In this document: one piece after another, positions 1-12,200 of the stretch
Position numbering within the stretch: position 1 is the first letter of the stretch
How the letters are laid out: every line of letters begins with the position of its first letter
From: Phallusia mammillata
Lineage: Eukaryota
NCBI GenBank assembly: GCA_965637545.1
Contig: OZ281497.1
Coordinates: 13,206,001-13,270,000, forward strand
Length of the DNA stretch: 64,000 bases
Direction of reading: 5' to 3'
The notes under the pieces: model-generated
Told to the model about the DNA's origin: nothing
What the model saw: only the letters and a program-made list of their open reading frames with translations
Databases searched by the model: none
Program-made: the position numbers and the translations under genes

Positions 1-3000
1 ATGGTCTTCTTCGCATTGTTGCAAAAGAACGTACTGAATTGTATTTGAATTCATATTCGTTTTTTTCCACTTGTTGACGTATACTTTTAACGTTACGTAA
101 ATGGAGTTACATTGGAAGTCAACTTTTTCATGGTTTATCCGTGTTGGTGACGGATGGTGCGAATTTCTCAATTTGTTGATAACATCCATAACGTTTTTAG
201 GTGCTTCTTTATACAATGTCTTGTACACACTCGATAACGTCACCGCTTTGGTACAATCCCCCACCAACAGCTCATCATTGACCAACCTTCGACCAGGGCA
301 GACGTATGATGTAACTGTGGAAGGTGTAACCAGCACCGGACGAGTAATTGGACAATCCAATGTTACACCACTTGGTAAGACAAACCATACTGTTGTTTGC
401 TAGAACAATCATTTTGCTGCAGTAGAGGTTATCCATCTATTTCTTTATCAATAGACATGCTTCCAGCTTTGTTGAACACATCGGTTTCGAACATTACTAA
501 AACAACTGTTGATGTTGAATGGAATCCCCTTCCAGGTTTGTATGCGACAACAAATTGTGCAGCAAATAGCTTCATAAAACCGTCGTAACACATATTACTT
601 TTTTTCGTCTTCAGACACAACTACTTTTGATGTAATCTATGTTGGTCCCGAAACAAACAAGACTGATCGTGTGAACAACATTAGCTCGCTTAATATCGGT
701 CCGTTGATTCCTGGTTCAGAATTTAATGTCACTGTTGTGGGATATGACCAGAACGGTGTGGTGACTGCAAAATCTAAACCAACACCCTTCAAAACTGGTA
801 AGAATCTTTAATCAAAGTTGATGCGCTTCTATTAGCATAAGATTTCTTTTAATAAACTGCTATTATAACAATGATGTTGTGTTCAGATATCCAAATCATC
901 GTTGTTGAATTCACATACGTGGCCTCAACAATAGCAGATGTAATATGGACCAGTGTTCCAGGTAACTTATCTTTCACATGATACTAGATTACATTTGTGT
1001 CTCTGCTTACAAATGTTTATGTGAAAACGAAACAAAATGTAAGGCAAAGATTATTCGTAAAAAACAAATATTTTTGTGAATATTTGAAAGTTTTTTATTC
1101 TTTTGGTCTGGATATTTTTTAAAGAAATGAGTTTATTCTCAGGAGCATCAACGTATAACGTGTCAGCAACTATCGGAAACGTTACTGTCATTACACCATC
1201 CGATACAAATAACGTAACTCTAGTTGAAAAAAGTCCAGGCCAGACATATGAGATTATCGTCACTGCACACACAAGCACTGGGCAGTTGATTGGAAGATCA
1301 AATCGCACTCCTCTAAGTAAATTGCAATTTTGTTGTGCCTAAAATGTGTGCATTGACAGAAGTAATTTATTTTGTGCCTTTTCAGCCATGTCCCATAACT
1401 TGATCACTGTAATGGTTAATAACGTGACCGATTCGACGGCAGATGTCGAGTGGAACAATGTCCCAGGTTAGATTTGCATTTCATTTTTGTGCAAAAAACA
1501 TTGTGACCAACAAGGTTTCAACTTATCTTTAATCCACACTAGGAACGGTTACTGCAAATATCGTCTACAATGGACCAGATGGTACCAATACTCAGAGCGT
1601 CACAACCAACAACAAAACAACAATCAGTGGACTAATTCCAGGGTCCCGATATAATGTCACTATCTTTGCCTTTGACAAAGATAACATACTGATTGGAAAG
1701 TCAGATCCTCGTGTTTTCCCAACAGGTAACAAATATATGCTAAGACTTTTTGCGATTTTGGTATATGACCCACTTTCAAAACTAATGATTGGTGTTTTTT
1801 TCTCGTTTTATAGCCAATCAAACTATCGTGCTAACTTTCGACTTCATTACGTCGACAACTGCAAACGTCACTTGGAGCAATGTTCCTGGTAAGACCATAC
1901 AGTAATGGTCTTCTTCGCATTGTTGCAAAAGAACGTACTGAATTGTATTTGAATTCATATTCGTTTTTTCCACTTGTTGACGTATACTTTTAACGTTTTG
2001 TAAATGGAGTTACATAGCAAGTCAATTTTTCATGGTTGATCCGTGTTGGTGACGGATGGTGCGAATTTCACAATTTGTTGATAACATCCATATCGTTTTT
2101 AGGTGCTTCTTTATACAATGTCTTGTACACACTCGATAACGTCACCGCTTTGGTACAATCCCCCACCAACAGCTCATCATTGACCAACCTTCGACCAGGG
2201 CAGACGTATGATGTAACTGTGGAAGGTGTAACCAGCACCGGACGAGTAATTGGACAATCCAATGTTACACCACTTGGTAAGACAAACCATACTGTTGTTT
2301 GCTAGAACAATCATTTTGCTGCAGTAGAGGTTATCCATCTATTTCTTCTTTATCAATAGACATGCTTCCAGCTTTGTTGAACACATCGGTTTCAAACATT
2401 ACTGACACAACTGTTGATGTTGAATGGAATCCCCTTCCAGGTTTGTATGCGACAACAAATTGTGCAGCAAATAGCTTCATAAAACCGTCGTAACACATAT
2501 TACTTTTTTTCGTCTTCAGACACAACTACTTTTGATGTAATCTATGTTGGTCCCGAAACAAACAAGACTGATCGTGTGAACAACATTAGCTCGCTTAATA
2601 TCGGTCCGTTGATTCCTGGTTCAGAATTTAATGTCACTGTTGTGGGATATGACCAGAACGGTGTGGTGACTGCAAAATCTAAACCAACACCCTTCAAAAC
2701 TGGTAAGAATCTTTAATCAAAGTTGGTGCGCTTCTATTAGCATAAGATTTCTTTTTAATCAACTGCTATTATAACAATGATGTTGTGTTCAGATATCCAA
2801 ATCATCGTTGTTGAATTCACATACGTGGCCTCAACAATAGCAGATGTAATATGGACCAGTGTTCCAGGTAACTTATCTTTCACATGGTTCTAGATTACAT
2901 TTGTGTCTCTGCTTACAAATGTTTATTTTAAAACGAAACAAAATGTAAGGCAAAGATTATTTGCAGAAAACAACAAATATTTTTGTGAATATTTGAAAGT

Positions 3001-3208
3001 TTTGTATTCTTTTGGTCTGGATATTTTTTAAAGAAATGAGTTTATTCTCAGGAGCATCAACGTATAACGTATCAGCAACTATCGGAAACGTTACTGTCAT
3101 TACACCATCCGATACAAATAACGTAACTCTAGTTGAAAAAAGTCCAGGCCAGACATATGAGATTATCGTCACTGCACACACAAGCACTGGGCAGTTGATT
3201 GGAAGATC
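1..3208 (+). repeat. Near-identical tandem duplication, period ~1.9 kb (1-1299 vs 1905-3208), introns included
   Basis: atggtcttcttcgcattgttgcaaaag occurs at 1 and 1905. Only scattered substitutions and small intronic indels up to ggaagatc at 1299/3208. Confidence 0.95.
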
Positions 3209-6200
3209 GTTAGTCACCTCCCTTAGTAAGTTTTGTATGCTTGATATTGTGTTTACTTAGATTAATGCAAACGTTGTTTAGGCATGCTCCCTGATTTGTT
3301 ATCATTGATAATAACCAATGTGACTCATGTCGCGGCTGATGTTGAATGGAATCTGGCTCCAGGTTTGAAATGTTTTCATTTTTGTGATAAAGGATCTTTG
3401 CTTCAAATAATGTAACTTTGTTTTCATGAAACAGGTGCAATTGCGTATGAAGTGGTTTATGTAGGTTCTGCGTTGAGCTCAACCAACGATGTGAAAAACA
3501 CTAACAATACAGTTATCGGTCCATTGGTTCCTGCCTCTCGTTACAGTATCACAGTTAACGCCTATGATGAAACCGGGGTTTTGATTGGAAGATCTCTAAC
3601 TTCTTCGATAACAACTGGTACTGCAAATTGATGTTACACGTTGCTACAATATTTGTTTTCATTTTAAAACGATGGTTAATTTGATTTTAAAACAAATAAC
3701 AATAAAAAAAGGTTTATCTAAAAGTACCAGTTGTCTGTAAATTAAGATAAAACTTTTTTAGCTCAAGTTATTGAACTGAATGTTACCAACATATCTGGAA
3801 CTAAAGCCAAAGTTGATTGGATACCTGTTGATGGTTTGTCTCATTTTGTTTTGTTGTTAGTTCCACTCCATGGTCATATTTTTGATATTTTTATTATTTT
3901 CCTAAGGTGCCATATCATATAACGTCACCCACTTTTCTGCCGGTAAAATGTTGAGCAACTTTTCCGTTCAACCCTTCCTCAATCTTGGCGACCTTATTCC
4001 CAATACAAATTACACCGTGTTTGTTCAAGCTTTTCTAATCAATGGCTCTCTTGTCGCTCAATCTGACCATTCTCCATTCAAAACAGGTACATATTTAAGG
4101 TAAAAACACACAAATCATTGCTGAAGGTTTACTGCCTTTACAGAAGAACTTTCAGTGAATGTCACAGACATTGTGGTGGGACCGCTCACTGCTGAAGTGC
4201 ATTGGGAACCTGTTGAAGGTAGCTACAAGTTTGATTTGTGTTTGTAAGCGATTAATTTTTACATTTGCAACCTTTTGACTTTGACAGGAGCCACTTCATT
4301 TGAGTTCTATCATGAGAATTCAAACACTAGTTTGCCTGGGATCATGAACAGTACAATCGATACGTTCATAGTGTTGGAAGATTTGTCGCCATTAACAACT
4401 TATACATTTACTGTCACTGCTCTTAACAGGAATGAATTGCTACTCGCAAAAACACCGGTCTTAAGCGCCACAACAAGTATGCATTGTATTTAAGAAAGTT
4501 CCTTGGCTTTACTGTAACAGTAAAACTTTTGTTGCTTAGTGCCCGAGCTAGGCGTTCGACCATTATCAGTTTGGTCGAACCCAGTTTCAGCTTCAGTTGT
4601 GTTTATGGCGCTTGATAACAACACAGAGTCTTACCGAGTTTCCATTGCCCCCGTGGCTGATCCAACCAACATTACGGATACCCTTTTTCTCCCTTACGAT
4701 GGAAATCAGGTATACCATTGCTAATAGTTAAACGTTCACTGGTTTTAAACATTTAAACAATTATTTAGAATCACACCGCTACTTTCGTCGGGACGCTGAA
4801 GCCCACAACTGATTATCGCTTTGCAATTAGAACCATTCTTGGTCAAGAAATTGGGCCTCCGGTTTATGCCTACGTTAGGACAAGTCAGTGCTGAATTTTG
4901 ATGTGTGCAGGCATTTGACAACAAGAAATAATTTAATAATTTTTTTTTGCCGTTGCAGAGAAATTTGGGATACCTAAAAACATTACCTTTTCAAACATTA
5001 CCACAACCGGATTTTCGTTGGACTGGCTTGAGGTTTTACATGCTCAGGTATTGTACTTATTTCAAGAGAGTGATTACGTAGATTATTTTGTGTACTTATA
5101 TTTTGAGCAGGGCTACATCATCACTGTGTTTCAAGTTGTTGATCTTCCTCGGACTTTGACAAATAACCAGACCCTTCGAAAAGTATTTTCAACTAATGTC
5201 CCGAATAACACAGCCATTATTAAAAACCTACAACCGGGAAGTTCATTTGTCATTCATCTCCATGCATTTGTCAATGGGCACATTTCACCGGCCACTATCG
5301 TTTCAATTAATACAAGTAAACAAGGCAACACGTCATGTAAACCCCCACAAGTTTTTTGATTTCTTATTAAATTTTTTTTTTGAAAGGACCAAACCCGGTA
5401 GCTGATTTGGTTTTAGACAGTACATCTCCTTCATCCATTACTGTTTTTGTCGAAAAGGCTGAGGGCCCGGTTACCCACTACGAGGTTAAAATTGCCCCCG
5501 TTGAGCAGCCTCTATTGACCCAAGTGAAAAGGGTAATTAAATATGCAATATAACGCTATAAATTAAAGACTTTAAATAAGATGAGTATGTATTATTTCAA
5601 GATTGAAGCCCTTGATGCACAACCATTTGCATCGGTTCAATTCAGCGGTTTAATTCCAGAAACAGAGTATGTAATAACAGCAACAAGCTTTGTTCTCATC
5701 GTAGCAAGTGAACCTTCCAACATCACTGGTACCACCGGTAAATACAAGTCGTATGTTTTTGTTTGTAGTTTTCTTTAAGGTATAGCATTCATACTTCTTT
5801 TACAGATTCCATGCCACTTATCAACGCAACAGTTTTGCGAGATAACAACAGCATACACGTGACCGTCCTGCCTTCTGGTTGGCCGCCTACTTCTTACGTT
5901 GTTCAACTGCAATCATTCCAAGACGAAAATAAAGTCAGTGAACGTAATATCAGTCACATGCCACCCAAGAGCCCAATTGTCTTTTCGGATTTGGTAACTG
6001 GACAAAAGTACAAAGTTTCTGGATTTCTGACTTACGGTGACTTAAACGGGACGCGCAGTAGCATTGGAAATGTAACAATTCGTAAGTAAAATGACTTGTT
6101 TTCTTAAATAGGAGGTGGCAGTAACCATTCCACTGTGAATTACGAATAAATTGTCGTTTTCAGCTCCTTTACCAGTTGTGATTAGGAACATTTTTCCTAC

Positions 6201-9200
6201 GTTTTATGGGGCAACAATTGAAATAACACAGCCGGTTGGATTAGTTGATAACTACACGTAAGTCAAACACATTTGAGGTTTTGTAACTTCTGAAATTGAT
6301 GAATAAAGATTGTGATTTTTTCCTCTTTAGTGTAACCGCAACCGACTTGAACAATGCAACGAAGAGGTTTTTCCCTTTTGTCCCAGATAAGTTGGTGGTA
6401 AACTTGACGTTAAACCATCTTCAACCAAACACAACGTATGACGTCAGTGTTGTTAGCACAAGCAACTTGGTCAATAGCATACCCGCCGTTGATCAATTCG
6501 TGACAGGTACACTTGGGTTTAATATTTTAACAAGCGTGGTATGAACTGTTTTGCAAAACGATTGCATGTTTATTTTTTTAGACTCGAAACCAGTTACAGT
6601 GCTTCCTTCTGATAACATTACATTCTATCCACCTGGATATCAAGCTTACGCACAAATAGCTTTGGTTTCTGATCCCGCTAACATCATTGAAGAAAAGTTG
6701 CTTCCCGAAAACGCTTTCATTTTGCAAGCGTTTCCACCTGATAATTCTAATTGGACTTTGATTCCTGGAGAGTTTTACATCGCTCTGTATGTTTTCAAAA
6801 ACGATGTCGCGTCAATGGCTCCTGCTGAAATAACAAAATTCGTAGTCCGTAAGTATTGGGTTTCTTTCGTACGTGCCAAGAATTGACTAACAAAAAAAAC
6901 ATATTTTTTTAAATACGATGTATCTAATAAAAACTGATTATATATGTTTCTGAAACTGTTTTTAACACAACTGACATAATCTTTTTGTGACCGAAAAAAT
7001 GTTGTTTTTAGCACCCGCAAGTGTAGATGATGTCAACTCTAATTCTACGCCAACAACTCTTACAATGAGATTTGCACCACCTGTCGGAAAGGTTGAGATG
7101 TACAGGTATGTTATCACCAAAAATATTATAAAATAAGATCATCACAATATTAATTTGTTCGCTTCCCAGACTCACTTTATCGAAGAATGATTCTAATTTG
7201 AAAACGGTTGAAATTCCGTCAAACTCTTCACTTGCGTATACCTTTACTGCATTGCGGCCAGAAACACAATACACCCTGTCCATTGTGAGTGTCAGTCACA
7301 CCGTTGAAAGTCCAACAGCAATCTTTTTGGAAACAACGAGTGAGTCACATACTGTTTATTTACAGGTTTACAAACGTATTTAAACGTATTATCGTTTAAG
7401 GTGCCATGCCAGTTGCCAGGAGTGTTAATCCAGTCAAGAATGTTTGGAACGTTTCCATCAACATTTTACCAGATAATTCTACACATGCTCAATACGAAGT
7501 TGTTCTCAATCGTCCACTCGCGTCGGGAACTGTTGAAAATGTTCAAATTGTGAACGTAAGTATTCTCTGAGTCATGTCCAGTTTTTGCTGTTATTTAGCT
7601 CACTAACTAACGCAACAATTTTTCAGACGACTTCCTCTCTTTCGACCATAATTTCTGCGGAATACTATAATTTGACACCAGAAACCGTTTTTACTGGATA
7701 TGTGTCGTCCATCATTGACGGATACAAAGGTTCCCCGGTTAATTTCATCTTCCAAACAGGTATGCTAGACCAACTTTTAGAAATCTGCAAGAGTATTCCA
7801 ATCCATATTTTTTGGCATTTTAGTGACACCATCATATCATTTTTTCAGATATGTTGCTTAACCTCAGTATTGTAAACACCACTGGGACCACGGCATTTAT
7901 GGATTGGCCTCATATCGCAGGTTTATCTACGTTTTATTTGGCTATAAAGTAAGCAATTTCAGCTTTAAAAAAAAACGCATTTTTAGGTGGAATGTCATAT
8001 CTTGTCACCTACGCTTCTGGCAACTCGACTGTTGACAAAGTTACAGTGTCGCCAGGTTTCAAAGCAGTAGATCTTCTTCCTGACACAGAATACACCGCGT
8101 TTGTGGAAGCGCGTTCTATAGACAACACACCAATTGCCTTTTCTCGCAATCAAGGCTTTAAAACAAGTAAGAAGTAAACCAGATTTACAATTTTACAGGT
8201 TGCGTGTGTTTATAATAAATTTTTTATTCAGAAAAACTTTTTGTAAACATCACAAAAACAGTTGTTGGGCCTCTAACTGCGGAAATTCACTGGAACCCGG
8301 TTGAAGGTGGGTACCATAGCTGTACAACATGTGTTACTTCAAACAGTATGAAACTAGACGTTAAATACATTGTTTGACCAGGTGCAACCTTCTTTGAGGT
8401 AACATACAACAATTTAAACAAAAGTGAACCTGAAATCACGAACCAGACCACCAGCAACTACGTTTTGTTGGATGACTTGGAGTCGTCAACAAAATATGCG
8501 TTTACTGTTACTGCTTACAACAAAGACCGTGTTGCTGTGGCAACAACACCAAAGCTAAACATTACAACAGGTATATGCGTACTGCTTTTTAACGCATTAA
8601 CATGTGTTGTTCGATAACGTGATAACTTATTTTGTAGTTTCGGAATTAGGCGTTAAGCCGACTTCAGTTTGGTCGAACCCAGTTTCAGCCTCAGTTGTGT
8701 TTATGGCGCTTGATAACAACACAGAGTCTTATCGGGTAACCGTTGCCCCCGTGGCTGATTCAACCAACATTACAGACACAATCGAGATTCCATACGACGG
8801 ACTTAAGGTTGCCTTCCAGTTTGTTTGGTACTTTTTTACAGACTAAGACAATATGTGTAACAATTTACCCTCTTTAGTTTCACAATGCTTCTTTCATTGG
8901 AACACTAACGCCAGTTACCGATTATCGCTTTACGATCAGAACTATTCTTGGGCATGAAGTTGGACCGCCTGTTTACGCATACGTTCGGACAAGTTAGTGT
9001 ATTTTTTGTTATTTTCATGCTACGAACAGCATACAAGACTGTTAAACTTTTGCAGAGGAATTTGGAAAGCCGAAGAACATTACTTTCTCCAACATAACCT
9101 CCACTGGATTTACGTTGGACTGGTTGGAGGTTTTGCATGCTCAGGTGCAGTGTTATTGACTTTAAGCCTAAACGTCTTTGCGTTTAGTTTTACCATGCAA

Positions 9201-12200
9201 CAATTTTGTGCAGGGATACATTATTACCGTGTTCGAAGTAGTAGACCTTACCCGTGTCCTTACTACAAACAAGACTCTTAAAAAAGTTAAAGCCATTACC
9301 AACATTCCGAACAACACTGCTTTTATCGGCCACTTGCAGCCGGGAAGTTCATATGTCATCCATCTTCATGCGTTTGTTAACGGACACATTTCTCCGCCTA
9401 CCATTGTCACCATTTCTACAAGTAATGTGTTTTACTGACCTAAGTTTCAGATGTATATATACTCAACTTTCTTACCTCACTTTTTCAATCAGAACCAAAC
9501 CCAGTTTCTAACATGACCTTATACGGTAAAACTCCTTCCTCGGTAATAGTCATTTTGGAAGAGGCAAAAGGACCAATAACGCACTACAACGTAACAATCG
9601 CACCCGTGAGCAATCCTTCCTTAACACGAACCAAGACGGTAAATAGCTTGAGTGATACCACCAGTGTGCCATTTTTAACCTGTAAGTTACACCCGTTTTA
9701 ACATAAGTTTTCATTTTAAGTTGGCTGCGGCTGTTGTAAAACCGAATGTGACGATTCAATTTGACGACCTACTACCGGAAACAGATTATGTGGTAACAGC
9801 AAGGAGTTTTGTTGTCATCGTATCGAGTGGACCTTACAACATCACTGTCACTACTGGTGTGTTTATTATTACATTTTTCAACAAGAATGGCTGCTAAAAA
9901 AACAATCTTTTTTTTCTGTAGATGCCATACCACTTATCAACGCAACGGTATCACGAGATAACAACAGTATTTATGTGAATGTCACACCTTCTTATTGGCC
10001 GCCTACCTCTTACGTCATTCAACTCGAAGTCTTTAGAAGCGGAGATATGGTCAATGAACGCAATATCAGTCACCAATCACTTTTAAATCCAGTCGTCTTT
10101 TCTGGTTTGACAACCGGGCAAAAATACAGTGTTTCTGGATTTTTGACTTATACCAACGTGAACGGAACAAACAGCGATATTGGCAACGCAACAATTCGTA
10201 AGTTTTTCTTAATCACTTCGGCCAGATTTTATTCAACTTATAATAATAATGTAGGTAATAATTCAAAACATTATTTTGGAATTACAATAAAAAACAGTTT
10301 TGACATCGTTGTATTTTCTTTTAGCTCCATTACCAGTTAGGATCATTAACGTCGTTCCCACGTACTACGGAACAACAGTTAAAATTGAACAACCAACAGG
10401 ATTAGTTGAAAATTACACGTAAGTCCACGGTTTACTAGGAATTTAACATGATGCAAAAACCTAAATATGTTTCTAGGGTAAACGTTACCGATTCGATGGG
10501 TATGATAACAAAAGAGAAGACGTTTCCTTTTGTTCCTGGTACACCAGTTGTCAATTTGACTATGAACGATCTTCAGCCAAACACATCTTATTACGTTACG
10601 GTCGTTAGTAAAAGTAATTTAGTTCCAAGTACACCCGAAATGGCGCCATTTATTACAGGTAACTTTTTGCCACTATATTTTATCATTTTTATGGCTGTAA
10701 CTCTACAGTTTTCTACTCTTGTTTTGTTCAGTGGGCATTTTTAAGTACCATCATTTCACGATTTGTTTTTTAGACTCGAAACCAGTTACAGTGCTTCCTC
10801 CTGATAACATTACATTCTATCCACCTGGATATCAAGCTTACGCACAAATAGCTTTGGTTTCTGATCCCGCTAACATCATTGAAGAAAAGTTGCTTCCCGA
10901 AAACGCTATTATTTTGCAAGCGTTTCCACCTGATAATTCTAATTGGACTTTGATTCCTGGAGAGTTTTACATCGCTCTGTATGTTTTCAAAAACGAAGAC
11001 GCGTCAATGGCTCCTGCTGAAATAAAAAAATTCGTAGTCCGTAAGTTATCCCCAAAATGTGTTGATTTCGTTGCATTTTATTGCTGGACACATTTGTGTG
11101 CGTTTAAAACACGTGGTTTAAAGACCCCATCGATTTAAACTTTTTCTTGTCCAACAGCGCCATCTAGTGTTGATGTCATAAACTTTACAACCACACCAAC
11201 GGTAATCACACCACTTTTTGACCCACCTGTCGGAAAAGTTGACACGTACAGGTATTGTATATTACCTTGAGCTTCCATTTGTAAAACTTTATTACACATT
11301 CGGACCATTTTTAGGATGACTTTGTACAACGATTCCTTCTCAACGGTTGTTGAAGTTCCATCTAATGTTTCGCCTGAGAAAACCATTGTTGGATTACGAC
11401 CGGCAACAACATACACACTGTCTATGGTAACTGTTAGTTATGCTGTAGAAAGTTCAACTACAACGTTTTTCGGAACCACAAGTAAGCAGATTTGAGGCAA
11501 ATGTTTTACTTGTCTTGTAAGGTATATACATCTTATGTTACTTTTTCAGAGGCAATGCCTGTTGCGTTGAGTGTTATACCAGTAAAAAAGGTTTGGAATG
11601 CAACAATTGTGATTATTCCTGACAATCAAATTCGTGCCCAATACGAAGTCGTATTGCGCCGTCCTATTGGAACTGCAACAGTCGATGATGTTCAAGTCGT
11701 AAACGTATGATAAAAGAAAAAGAGTTTGTTGGATCCATAATTAAACCTATGTCCGTATTCATAGACTTCCTCGTCATTGCTAACTGGTATACAGGCCGAC
11801 TACACCAACCTAACACCAGGAGAGACCATCACTGGTACAGTGTCATCCCTCATTGATGGATATCGCGGATCTCCAGTGAACTTTGCTTTCCAAACAGGTT
11901 CGTAACTTTTTTCCAATAAACCACATGACTTGTTTGTTGCATGTTGATCCGATCTAAATTTTTACTATTTTTTTAGTTCCTGCGGGTGTTGTTGGTCATC
12001 TAAAGGCAAACACTTCTGCAATTACTATTAATTTTAGTCCTGCAAATGGCGGCGCTGACGAATATCGCGTGTACATAACAAAAACCAATGACAAGCAAAA
12101 CCTCCTACAGGTAAACATCTGTAACAAGATCTGAATTCGAGCAGAATTGACACATTTTTTATCACTACAGGAAGCAAGAATACCAGCAGTTGTAGGGCAA

